A DNA stretch of 64,000 bases. Source: Ylistrum balloti. Taxonomy: Eukaryota. This document shows, piece after piece, positions 1 through 12,019 of the stretch; positions within the stretch are counted from its first letter, which is position 1, and every line of letters begins with the position of its first letter. The notes under the pieces are model-generated. The model had not been told where the DNA came from. It searched no databases and was given only the letters and a program-made list of their open reading frames with translations. Location of the stretch: contig NW_026782932.1 of the NCBI RefSeq assembly GCF_031769215.1, forward strand, positions 62,001-126,000. Reading direction: 5' to 3'. Position numbers and translations under genes: made by a program.

Positions 1-59
1 ATGCGGTGGAATGTTAATACATTTTGTAGCAGACGACAACATTTCCAAGGTCTAAAGCA

Positions 60-720
60 GCTATGGAAAACAAAATTGTTCTGAAAGGGATCAAATTGAC
101 TCAGATTTCAAAAATCTTCTTCTCAGAACCCAAATTTTATGGCCCCAGGCTCTCACATTTCCCCGTGGAGAGGGGGTAAAGTTTACTATAGGTTATAAAG
201 GAAAAATAGATTTTTCAGCATAATTTGTTTAATTTCCAATGGAAATATTTCAAACTTAGTTAGAATTATGAGTGAAGGATGACGGCATATTGGTATGGCC
301 ATATTGATCCTAGCTGACTCCCAAGGGCTGATGGGCGGGTCCAAAAGGGGTCAAATTGATTTAAATTTCACTTTTCACTCAACACCCCGGTATGGTGGAT
401 TCAAATGCTCTATATGAATGGAAGCATCTTAAGGTGCTTTAATTACCAAATTAAGTCTCATATTTTTCCCTAGGGAAGAAGTTTACTATAATTTTTATAG
501 AAAAAATTACATTTTTGAGCAGTACATTGGAAAATACTTTGGAAATAACTTTGTAAGAATGATAAATATAGGATGACAGTTTTGATGATATGCATGTATT
601 GACATTGACTTACTATAGTCACAAATTCTTTTTCATGACACTTGAAAGTTACCCTCGAACCTTTATATTCAATATCGTTTATCTCAGGTGACCGTCAAGA
701 TCGCTTGGCCCTATGTTAAT
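60..720 (+). mobile_element. Degenerate non-autonomous interspersed element (HINE/Helitron-like family)
   Basis: Contains family motifs 'aaaatcttcttctcagaacc' and 'ggggtcaaattga'. Ends in 'caggtgaccgtcaag..ttggcc..tgtt', which resembles the terminal motif of copies at 34.9, 38.5, 46.4, 51.9 and 58.6 kb. Family assignment is from recalled similarity to bivalve elements. Confidence 0.5.
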
Positions 721-1180
721 TCATATTCTGCAAATCTGGGATAAATTTGATTACTTTTATTTACAGTTATGCCGCAACATATATGTGTTTGTCTCAGGTG
801 ACCGTCAAGATCGCTTGGCCTAATGTTAATTCATATTCTGCAAATCTGGGATAAATTTGATAACTTTTATTTACAGCTATGCCGCAACATGCATGCGTTT
901 ATCTCAGGTGACCGTCAAGATCGCTTGGCCTAATGTTAATTCATATACTGCAAATCTGGGATAAATTTGATTACTTTTATTTACAGCTATGTCGCAACAT
1001 ACATGTGTTTGTCTCAGGTGACCGTCAAGATCGCTTGGCCTAATGTTAATTCATATTCTGCAAATCTGGGATAAATTTGATTACTTTTATTTACAGCTAT
1101 GCCGCAACATACATGTGTTTGTCTCAGGTGACCGTCAAGATCGCTTGGCCTAATGTTAATTCATATTCTGCAAATCTGGG
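678..1180. repeat. 110-bp tandem repeat, ~4.6 copies
   Basis: 'caggtgaccgtcaagatcgcttggcc' recurs at 685, 795, 905, 1015 and 1125. Confidence 0.95.
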
Positions 1181-1968
1181 ATTTGACAACTTTTAAACAA
1201 CATAATGATCCTTAACAACATTAACAAGATCATCAAGATGTAAACTTTTGTTGAAACATCTATTCGATAAATATAATGTTTGATTAGAATTCAGATTTCC
1301 TTATCAACTGAACTGGCATGTGTTGATATGATTCCAAATAGAAATGATTCTTTATTGGAAGAGAATACAATAAATAGAATATAAAGAAGATTTTCAAATT
1401 CCTGAAATAACCCTTGCGCATTCTAGATTACCATAAGCAGTGAATTAATGTTTCTGGTTCATTATTACAAAAGCTACATAGTGAATTAGAAGAGATTTTC
1501 CTCTTAAAAAGAAAGGCATTTGATATGATGTATAATTCTCACCTGAAACCACTGCAACCTTGAACGTTATGAGGTTTTTGAGACTGTAAAGGGAATTTCA
1601 AAAATCTTTTCCCATTTAACTTAATCAAAGAATATAAAGATTTTCTCAATTTTTGACTTAAATAATCTTCGAACTCATTCAAGTTTCAGAGATTCCATGA
1701 AAGTTTGAAAATCAATAATTTTAAAACCCCCATCCAAATCATGTTGAATAACATCTCTTTTTATCTTATATGGTCCTTAATTCTAAAGAAAATAAAAAAT
1801 GAGATAACTCAATTTTCTTATACATCACTCTGTAGGGTTTGGTAGAGTAATAAACAGGTAGTTGAGCTGAAATATCAACAAAGATCTTATGACACGTGTA
1901 AGACTCTCCACTGACCGCTACTCCTCTTGTTTACATATTGGTTAACAGCTTTGAGAGCCAGTGGTGAA

Positions 1969-2020
1969 AGGTCAAAATCTAGAACGTGGGCAAAGAGGTC
2001 ATCGGTCAATGTTGGCGGGG
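1969..2020 (+). promoter_or_regulatory. Candidate promoter of TPMT copy 1 (nuclear-receptor half-sites and GC box)
   Basis: AGGTCA at 1969-1974; AGGTCA-T-CGGTCA (DR1-like) at 1996-2008; GGCGGGG just after. Lies immediately upstream of a GTGAGT donor at 2073. Confidence 0.35.
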
Positions 2021-2072
2021 CGCTGTACATTATGCCACGTTGTACTGAAAGAGGATCATCCCGATATACCTG

Positions 2073-2196
2073 GTGAGTAATTCGTTATTCCTATTCTGAA
2101 ATGACCACTTCTTGGTAGTATACCGATACCAATGCTACTGTAAATATATATACACAAACCCTTTCGTTTATAACAATGTAATTAATATCGATGTAG
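2073..2196 (+). other. Probable 5'UTR intron of TPMT copy 1
   Basis: Donor CTG|GTGAGT at 2073 and acceptor ATGTAG|G at 2196, 26 nt before the ATG. The same acceptor context precedes copy 2. Confidence 0.6.
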
Positions 2197-2222
2197 GTGA
2201 AACAATCGAGCAACTGGTAAGA

Positions 2223-2897
2223 ATGGATGACAAAACGATGCAAGGCTGGCTTAACTGTTGGGAGAAAAAAACTATTCCCTGGCACCACACTGACGTCCAC
2301 GAAACTATAGAGAAGTATTATGAAATATTGGCAGCGTCACCAACAGCCAAGAACAAAATCTTCATACCACTGTGTGGGAAGACTGTAGATATCAAATATC
2401 TGGTAGACCGCGGGAACGAGGTTGTGGGACTGGAAGCTTCCGAAATAGCAGTGAGAGATTTCTTTACAGAACAAAATATCGAATACACCTCGGAGGACGT
2501 CCCTGCCGTGAAAGGAAAATTATACCGGTCAAGTGACAAAATGATAAAGATATACTGCTGTGACCTGTTTTTATTTTCTGCTGAAGTAGAATCTGGATTC
2601 AGTGGTATCTGGGATCGAGGCTCTATGGTTGCTCTATCACCTGAAGCCCGGAAAAGATATTTCGAGATAATGAAAACACTAACATATCCAGGGATAGGTT
2701 ACTTGCTCGAAATGCCAGATCGGGATCCCAAAAATGGACCTCCATTTTTTGTTCCGTTTGACGACCTCGAACGAGGATTTGAGCAAAAGTGTAGGGTAAC
2801 AAAGCTCTTTGCCACGGAAAAATTGCCACCGGGACTGGATGGTGAAAAAATGCCGGACCTGAAAGGCATGGTTGTTTTCCGTCTTGCTTTTCAATAA
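2223..2897 (+). CDS. TPMT: Thiopurine S-methyltransferase-like protein, copy 1 (224 aa, single coding exon)
   Basis: Motifs W-x3-W, IFIPLCGKTVD, VVGLEASE, IYCCDLF, GIWDRG and GPPFFVP align with human TPMT (FFPLCGKAVE, VVGVEISE, LYCCSIF, MIWDRG, GPPFYVP). ATG at 2223. Confidence 0.92.
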   Translation: MDDKTMQGWLNCWEKKTIPWHHTDVHETIEKYYEILAASPTAKNKIFIPLCGKTVDIKYLVDRGNEVVGLEASEIAVRDFFTEQNIEYTSEDVPAVKGKLYRSSDKMIKIYCCDLFLFSAEVESGFSGIWDRGSMVALSPEARKRYFEIMKTLTYPGIGYLLEMPDRDPKNGPPFFVPFDDLERGFEQKCRVTKLFATEKLPPGLDGEKMPDLKGMVVFRLAFQ

Positions 2898-4669
2898 GAA
2901 TAACATGTATTTTTACCAGAACATTTATATTCATTTGAGTCGTCTGATGTTTTAAATTCATTTCAATGTTATTTATTTCCATAGCGTATGTTATGTACAA
3001 TATATGGTAACACAACGCAGTGTTGATAACATTTCATCAACAAAGTCTCGCAGATTTGATTCAAAGAAAATAAAATGAAGAGTCAATCTTTTTTTTAAGT
3101 ATTGTATAGTGGAGCGGGTTGAAAAATGTGTTCTATTTCTCTGGCATGTCTTACAAACTTTTCGTCGTTGACACCAGTACATAAAAGAAAGTGAATAGTA
3201 CACTTTAATGCAAATTTATCACCATCATATAAGTAATTCGTCCTGCTACAACTCGTCAGTGATGCTGAGGACCGAAATTGTTTGGCCTATGAAGCGACGG
3301 AGAAAAATCCAAATTGATCGAAACATACGTAACAAATTAAATGAAGAGATGGGCTAGTCCCGATACGCAACCTATTTAGTAATTTTCTGTATTGAATGAT
3401 ATCAAAGAACGTTGAGCACATCATGGACCGTGCCGCTATTCGAACGAATTAAATCGTGTAATGCAGGCTACGGACACGATGAGGACAAAAAAATCCACCA
3501 GCATTGTCTCTCCTCATCTGTAATATAGAAGACTGTATATAAGAAACACACGTGAATAGAATTTGTAGGGGATAGAAATTAAGAATTAGAATTGGATGTT
3601 ACGCCACCGACATACTTGCAGGTAAACACAGAGAAGCATTGGTCATGAAAAAGGTGAACGACAACCAAAGGAACTGGATCTTTACATAATATTGATTGCT
3701 AACGTGTATTATTGACATTGCATTGTCGTAGGAAGTTGTCAAAATCTTGCGGAGTGAGGTTTGGGTTTGGTTTCTTCGAGAATCCTTAAAAAGTAGAGAA
3801 TCCTGTAATATTTACGCGAAATTAGTCAGTTACACGCACCAGTCTTCATTTCAATGTATCCATTGTATGCATGGTGTACCATTACAGAATTTGCCAGGTA
3901 CCATGTAGTACGAAAGTCTGAACGAACCTGACAATGAATGACGCGAATTTCCAAGAAGTTTTGAACATTTGTAATTTGGCCTAATTCGCTGGATGATTGT
4001 AATACAGATAACGTTCACTGGAACTACACGGAAATTTCTGTTGGATTTATTTAGATTCTTATTTATTTCTATTCTATACTTGTGTTGTTGGTAGTCACGT
4101 CTGCTAAAACGATTCAATGTGTAAATCTAGTTTCTAAACAGAGTGACGTGCTTATTCACCAGACAAATGTGTTGTTCTTTTTACTCAAAGTGCCAGACTC
4201 GCTCCGTTATAAATATTTTTTTTCATATTTTATTGACTGGAAATGTTGTTGTATGCTAATAGATAATATATAAATAAAGACTTGTATAAAGTTTCGAACT
4301 TGAAATTGAAAGGGTACCGGAGATATCGGTGCCGGAATTAATCTCATTAATCAACACCAGGATATGAATATTGATGAGGAAAAGTCATGCGATACGTTCA
4401 GACGCGATCAGAACCAAAACAAAAATGGAGGAAGAGGTGAGTAGTACGTCCATGTGGTATCGCTTGTAAAGAGATTTTACCGATAAATGCAATCAATACT
4501 CTATATATCCTGTATGGAAATCATCTAACGTATGTATTGATCACATCTTTCAATGCTTAGATATGATTACGAGATTACGAGAAAAACTACGTCAAAACAC
4601 GTTTTCTTTCCCGCTTCCCTCGCACGCTTTCTGCCATGGTGGAAGACGGCGGATTTATTTACAGTTCTT

Positions 4670-4680
4670 TGCGCATGCGT
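4670..4680. promoter_or_regulatory. NRF1-like palindrome TGCGCATGCG in a CpG-richer patch
   Basis: The motif is seen directly. It may mark a promoter for TPMT copy 2, but the target is not established. Confidence 0.3.
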
Positions 4681-5460
4681 CAGAGGGCAGGACTTCCCGT
4701 TTAATTATGAATTAGCACCGAGTCGTTTCGAATTATTTTTTAAAACTATTTATTACGTTAGATTGGTAGCGATTTACTTTAAAATTGCGGTATTACAGGG
4801 TTAGTCAGAACTTTTGCTACCCGAGAAAAATAGAAAATCATGATTTTTTTAAAATATAAACTAATATCGGTTGAGGCAGGTCTGGCTCTTTAAATAATTC
4901 CAGACAACAAAACAGCCCCATTCCTTGCTATGCAACTTTTGTTTAGAATAAAAGAGGAGTTCAAAATCTGGAACGTGATTTGTTGCGTTATATAGGTCAG
5001 ACAGGACTCCGTTCACAGGTTCGATTTGTTTGGACTCAGTAACAGCGATTACTCTGACAGCTTAATCAACTCAAGGTACGTAATTTCGAATGACCCATCG
5101 TTAAGTTGTTTTGTTTTTCACTTTTATCTCTATACTTCAATATAGTTCATCAAATAATATCGCACCGGCAGAAACCGCGTAATACATTAGAAGTCCCTAC
5201 CACAGGATAAGTTAACTGCATGTATACGTTTCGTAGTGTTAAACTACTGAGAAAAGTATTTCGTAGCATAGACATTTGTGAATAACCAAACTCTTTCAGT
5301 TATTGACAAATATATTAATTGGTTCTGGCAGCCGACTTGAAGCCTTCATAATTCTTCTCCAAATTCAAGCGGTTAATTTACAAAACATTGTAGAATGGAG
5401 ACAACTCTTGTTTCTCATATAAATCATATAAATATAAATGTAGAACAGATGAAGTGAGTA

Positions 5461-7260
5461 TTCACCAAAATACAACATATACAGTAGATATTATCAAATA
5501 TACAACATATACAGTAGATATCACCAAAATACAACATATACAGTAGATATTATCAAATATACAACATATACAGTAGATATCACCAAAATACAACATATAC
5601 AGTAGATATTATCAAATATACAACATATACAGTAGTATTCACCAAAATACAACATATACAGTAGATATTATCAAATATACAACATATACAGTAGATATCA
5701 CCAAAATACAACATATACAGTAGATATCATCAAATATACAACATATACAGTAGATATTATCAAATATACAACATATACAGTAGATATCACCAAAATACAA
5801 CATATACAGTAGATATCACCAAAATACAACATATACAGTAGATATTATCAAATATACAACATATACAGTAGATATCACCAAAATACAACATATACAGTAG
5901 ATATTATCAAATATACAACATATACAGTAGTATTCACCAAAATATAACATATACAGTAGATATCACCAAAATACAACATATACAGTAGATATCACCAAAA
6001 TACAACATATACAGTAGATATTATCAAATATACAACATATACAGTAGATATCACCAAAATACAACATATACAGTAGATATTATCAAATATACAACATATA
6101 CAGTAGATATCACCAAAATACAACATATACAGTAGATATTATCAAATATACAACATATACAGTAGATATCATCAAATATACAACATATACAGTAGATATC
6201 ACCAAAATACAACATATACAGTAGATATTATCAAATATACAACATATACAGTAGATATCACCAAAATACAACATATACAGTAGATATTATCAAATATACA
6301 ACATATACAGTAGATATTATCAAATATACAACATATACAGTAGATATCATCAAATATACAACATATACAGTAGATATTATCAAATATACAACATATACAG
6401 TAGATATCACCAAAATACAACATATACAGTAGATATTATCAAATATACAACATATACAGTAGATATCACCAAAATACAACATATACAGTAGATATTATCA
6501 AACATACAACATATACAGTAGATATCATCAAATATACAACATATACAGTAGATATCATCAAATATACAACATATACAGTAGATATCATCAAATATACAAC
6601 ATATACAGTAGATATTATCAAATATACAACATATACAGTAGATATCATCAAATATACAACATATACAGTAGATATTATCAAATATACAACATATACAGTA
6701 GATATCACCAAAATACAACATATACAGTAGATATCATCAAATATACAACATATACAGTAGATATCATCAAATATACAACATATACAGTAGATATTATCAA
6801 ATATACAACATATACAGTAGATATCACCAAAATACAACATATACAGTAGATATTATCAAATATACAACATATACAGTAGATATCACCAAAATACAACATA
6901 TACAGTAGATATCATCAAATATACAACATATACAGTAGATATCATCAAATATACAACATATACAGTAGATATTATCAAATATACAACATATACAGTAGAT
7001 ATCACCAAAATACAACATATACAGTAGATATCATCAAATATAACACAAACACGGTGACTATCATCAAATATAACACTAGTACAGTGAATATCATTCAATA
7101 TAACACTTATACAGTGAATATCATCCAATATAACACTTATACAGTGAATATCATCAATTAAGCAACAGATACGGTGAATATCATTCAATATAACACAAAT
7201 ACAGTGAATATCATCCAATATAACACAAATACAGTGAATATCAACAGAAGTACAACATAT
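5461..7260. repeat. 29/30-bp minisatellite, often alternating as a 59-bp dimer, with a diverged 30-bp tail from ~7020
   Basis: Units caccaaaatacaacatatacagtagatat and tatcaaatatacaacatatacagtagatat. The minus-strand ORFs here are repeat artefacts. Confidence 0.97.
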
Positions 7261-7715
7261 ATATGTATGTTAAAGAGAGACTAGCTGTTTGATGATGTAC
7301 GAGATTCACGAATTATCATATCATTGAATGAAATCATTTTGTCAAAAAAAATTGATTTTAACCATGTCATACTTTCTCGATATATATATGTGTGTGTGTA
7401 TTTAAGTACCTGGCCTTATTTGCCATGTACTTTCTCAAGTAAAATAGTTCTTTTGTTCATATTTTGCTCTGGTTTCATTGAATTTAAGTTGGCGGACAAT
7501 TATGTTGACATGTCGATATTTTTTTAGTTTTCGAAAAAGAGCATTAATTCATTAAGCCTTTCAACCTGATCAATTTTACATCTTGGCGCTCTATCGGCGT
7601 TAGAACTAGTATTAATGAAAACCAATGCTACTGTAAATATACATACACAAACCCTTTCGTTTATAACAATGTAATTAATATCGATGTAGGTGAAACAATC
7701 GAGCAACTGGTAAAA

Positions 7716-8396
7716 ATGGATGACAAAACGATGCAAGGCTGGCTTAACTGTTGGGAGAGAAAAACTATTCCCTGGCACCACACTGACGTCCACGAAGCTA
7801 TAGAGAAGTATTATGAAATATTGGCAGCGTCACCAACAGCCAAGAACAAAATATTCATACCTCTGTGTGGGAAGACTGTAGATATCAAATATCTGGTAGA
7901 CCGCGGGAGCGAGGTCGTGGGACTGGAAGCTTCCGAAATAGCAGTGAGAGATTTCTTTACAGAACAAAATATCGAATACACCTCGGAGGACGTCCCTGCC
8001 GTGAAAGGAAAATTATACCGGTCAAGTGACAAAATGATCAAGATATACTGCTGTGACCTGTTTTTATTTTCTGCTGAAGTAGAATCTGGATTTAGTGGTA
8101 TCTGGGATCGAGGTGCTTTGGGTGCCTTTTCATCTGAAGATCGCAGAAGATATATTGAGATAATGAAAACACTAACACATCCAGGGATAGGTTACTTGCT
8201 CGAAGTGGCGGATAGGGATCCAGAGAAAGGACCTCCATTTTTTGTTTCGTTTGACGAACTCGAACAAGGATTTGGGCAAGGGTGTGGAGTAAGTAACCTC
8301 TGTACTGTGGAAAAAACACCACCTGGGATGATGGATTTGCCCGTAAATTACGCGGACCTGAAAGGCATGAAAGTTTATCGTCTTACTTTTCAATAA
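7716..8396 (+). CDS. TPMT: TPMT-like methyltransferase, copy 2 (226 aa)
   Basis: Intact ORF with the same TPMT motifs; WDRGALGAF; about 98% identical to copy 1 up to WDRG. Confidence 0.92.
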   Translation: MDDKTMQGWLNCWERKTIPWHHTDVHEAIEKYYEILAASPTAKNKIFIPLCGKTVDIKYLVDRGSEVVGLEASEIAVRDFFTEQNIEYTSEDVPAVKGKLYRSSDKMIKIYCCDLFLFSAEVESGFSGIWDRGALGAFSSEDRRRYIEIMKTLTHPGIGYLLEVADRDPEKGPPFFVSFDELEQGFGQGCGVSNLCTVEKTPPGMMDLPVNYADLKGMKVYRLTFQ

Positions 8397-8599
8397 GTTT
8401 ATCAACAAATACAAAAACTGTAACTTGTTCAAATATATTTATGTTTACCTAAAACTGCATTTAACAAGATTAGAACTTAGTGATAATATAACTAAACGCC
8501 ATTTACAGATGATAAAATTTCAAAATGTGATCTTTGTTTCAAATATTGTACACGTCATTTGTTATTCCCCACGTTAACCTTATTTTGACAAGGTACCCA

Positions 8600-9070
8600 A
8601 GTAAAACTGTACACGAAATCATAGTGTGACCAAGATGTATGATAAACGAGTTTTAATTCTTGATAGCAGTCACTGCATCGCCAATCTATGGTGTAAATAT
8701 GTCGTAGTTGATTCAAGTGCCTATTCCCTTTATCTGGATTTTCGTGCAAGAAGTCGATGACTGACTGACAAACTCGCAACACATTATTTCAGAAGATAAA
8801 AGTTGATTGAAGTTATCGAAAGGGAAGTTATACTGTCGTTAAAGTGCTCTCATTGAGAAACTTTGTATTTCAATGTGCGATGTGAGCTGGACATGTTTGA
8901 TACTGTTTGACTGTTGGTTCCGTTGTTGTATACCTTTTTCTCATATGAGAACCTTTCGTTGCTCAATCGGATTGACTATGATTTACATGGCAGATGTCGT
9001 CGATGAAGCAGCAGACGCCTATTCTTCCGGAACACCTGGTAATATTCTCTTTGTATTTTAGTAGTCTTCT
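8600..9070 (+). mobile_element. Decayed Penelope-like retroelement remnant (RT C-terminus and 3' tail)
   Basis: Frameshifted fragments TKMYDKR (8629), ASPIYGVNMS*LI and DFRARSR*LTDKL match the recalled PLE RT consensus TKLYDKRDDF...SPAYGVYISQLIRY...DF...LTNKL. A tail-like 'gcagcagacgcctattcttccggaacacctgg' follows. Confidence 0.65.
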
Positions 9071-9172
9071 TGTACATGTTTCTTTTGTTGAATTTGAGTT
9101 TGGATTAAAATTATGTTGACATGTTGGATTTTTCTCCTTGTTTCTTGTCTAGCTTGTTGACTTTGAGGTCCT

Positions 9173-9240
9173 GGATAACTCAGTCGGTGGGGTTATGGCA
9201 AACATAACCTCAAATGAAGACAGCAGGTACGATCACAACC
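9173..9240 (+). mobile_element. Degenerate tRNA-derived SINE head
   Basis: A-box-like GGATAACTCAGTCGGT and B-box-like GGTACGATCAC at tRNA-like spacing; no intact cloverleaf. Confidence 0.4.
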
Positions 9241-9753
9241 CGTAATTGGTTGTGTTTCTCAGGAAGCCGAGACATAGTTGTGTCCTTCACATGCTGCTCT
9301 AACTGCCAAGGAATGCATCCGACGAGCATAGCGTATGTTTTTCACTGAAGTAGTCACTGGTAGCTACTACAAACATACCCCTGTCGAAGTGTCAATTAGG
9401 AATGAGTGTTTTTGTGGTTGATTAACAACGATACAATATATTACAAACTTAATTAAGACACAAACAAGGCGTTCAAATGCTTTTTCATGTTTCGTACGCA
9501 AGTGATGCCATTGGATGAAAGGATATAGCAAATGCTGTCTTGAAGAAAAATATGTATGTTACATTTCTGTTTTATTATTTGTTATTATATCATGAAAATC
9601 ATCTCTCATTGAATGAGAAGAAGGTATATTTCTTACCTATATCGATATGGTTTGTAAAAGTGAATTAACATTCTTCAGTAGCACAGACACTGAAATCTTA
9701 GAGCTAAAACAAGAATTAGACTGCCCTAAACAGCTTTTACTCGTTAGTGATGC

Positions 9754-9791
9754 CAGAGACATATATAACACATGTGATATATACGTCTCTG
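9754..9791. mobile_element. 38-bp palindromic micro-MITE flanked by a 7-bp target-site duplication
   Basis: gtgatgc[cagagacatatataacacatgtgatatatacgtctctg]gtgatgc. The arms have two mismatches and the termini are CAGAG...CTCTG. Confidence 0.65.
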
Positions 9792-12019
9792 GTGATGCTA
9801 CGTGCCTAAATTGTCAAAACATATGATACGATTAAGGAGGATCCAAATTAGTCGAAACAAATGCCATTAACCAATATGGCGGTGCACTATCCCACAAATT
9901 ATATAAATTTTGTAACTTTAAATGTTTCATTGTTGACAACCTGATGGTTGTTGTCGGTTCACGCGGGTTTGTGTGTTATTTAGTATACCTATAGTTTGGG
10001 TCACTAATCATACAGGTGGTATTCCGGGGTGATCAGCTCGTTCTGCACTATTGTATCTTTACAGCAAGACTAGACTAGGTGGGTATCGTGTAAGCACCTA
10101 TTTCGAGCAAGTAAGATATAAATATAACTGCGAGACAGAATGAGCTTTCACTGTTCTAGATTAATCACTCCTACATCATGTTAAAGTCAACATGAGGTTG
10201 TGTGTTGGTGAGTGTGTAGGGAAGAATTATAATGGTGGTTTTGGCAATCTCGCCCTCTCCCCCAACTTTCCAAGTCAAACGTCGTGTGTTCGTAGTCTAT
10301 CCTTAATCGTGAAATTATTACAGCGTGCATGCATATTTTACTATTAGGTTAACGTCATACATATTCTGAATAATACAAACTAGTACCATAACTAAAATTT
10401 CGTTTTGCAAGGCTGTGTTGAAATGTTTGGAAAATCTTTATTTATGACTAAATCTACTACTGGTGTTAAAAATGTGTGTCTCGCTGCAGTTTTTATGCAC
10501 ATAAAATGTCTTAAAACCCTTTTGTATCCATTCAAAAACGTATCGTTTTACCTGCGATATCGTCAAAACCATCATATAAATCGCCCCTATGTCAACATTA
10601 TTACCCGTCCTGTCCTAATGTTCACCTAAACACGATGTCTAAGCACCAGACCTTCCAAATTATGCTGCAAATATCGTCTTTCTGTGACCTAACTACAATC
10701 ATGATAGCTGTTGAAAACGAGAACAAAATCGGTCTAAAATCTTTAATCATTGAACAACATATTTTTCAGTCTTTCGGTTGCCAAAAAAAAAAAGAACAAG
10801 TATTTTTATATAATTTACATTTGTTCAAATATCATTAGCTAAATACATAATTCATTTGTTATTTGGAGATTCCGTAAAAGAAAACAAAAATTGGCTGAAG
10901 GACCATATTTAAAATGGAGGCATTTGAAACGTTACGAAATTCAACTGTGCTAGAGAGAAAATTATCATTTATGTCATGTAAAATTGTGACGAAAAAGGAC
11001 TTTACCGTTGCAAGAACTACGTAAATTGACATCAATGAAAATGAAATGACGAATGATTGTTTGCAAAACAATAGAAAAGCAGCATAGCCGACAATCTGCG
11101 TGTTTAGTGGTGGTTTCGAAAATTAAAAAGAACAAACAAAATATAATATAATGTTACTTGTCCTCCCTTCTCGGCCTCCGAACTTTTTCACGCTCCAAAG
11201 CAGATGAATTGGGATATGCAACCTACATGATTCATGGTAGTCCACACCTTTACAATAATAACGTAGGATATACACAGTTAATATCGGCCTCGTCACGGTA
11301 TACTGATGTCGTCGTAACAAACATCATCGATATTAGGAGACTGTCGAGCATCCGAATAATTTACCATCGAAACCTTCTTTGCTGTGTATTTTATAAAGTG
11401 TTAATATATTAATATATACCGGATATTAGAACTTGGTTCACATTGAATTTTGATTATGTTGATATAAATCCAGCAAACAAACGCCCAAAGTGTCTTGTTA
11501 CAAGAGTTTTACATGCAGCCCCCGTCGAACATCGCGAATTGTGGCGATGTTAAACCCAAATACACTCTGCATATGAATCACTCTACATTATGCCCTAAAA
11601 TTGTTACCAGACTTCTACAAATGCCATTATATTGTCAATTATCTGGCATCAAAATCAAAATAACCCCATGTTGGCTCTCATTTATCGTTAATAGGAACAA
11701 AACATGCAGTGGTTTTGAAGGACTGTGCAAATCTGGAACAAGAAAGGTGCACCTTTCAATGCAATAGCTGAAGTAAGATAGTTAAAACAAACCAATAAGC
11801 ATGAATCTACATGGGATAAAGAAACAAACCCTCGTTTTACATGCTAAGCACTCGTCAATTATTATATCAGATTGTACAAAAGTCACGTGAACAAACAATA
11901 TCAGCGGGGAAAGGCAGACAACTAAAGGTGGTTTGTCAAATACGGATAATTGTTGTCCGTAAAAGTAATTGTGTCTGTATTTTTCTTAAGGTCTAAACAT
12001 ACGTACCAGTGAGAGTGAA

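Noticed and set aside
2112-2222. N-terminal extensions of TPMT copy 1 (ORF start 2112) and copy 4 (ORF start 13386)
   Set aside because: They begin at non-ATG codons, cross acceptor-like sites and have no TPMT similarity; the true starts are taken as 2223 and 13563.
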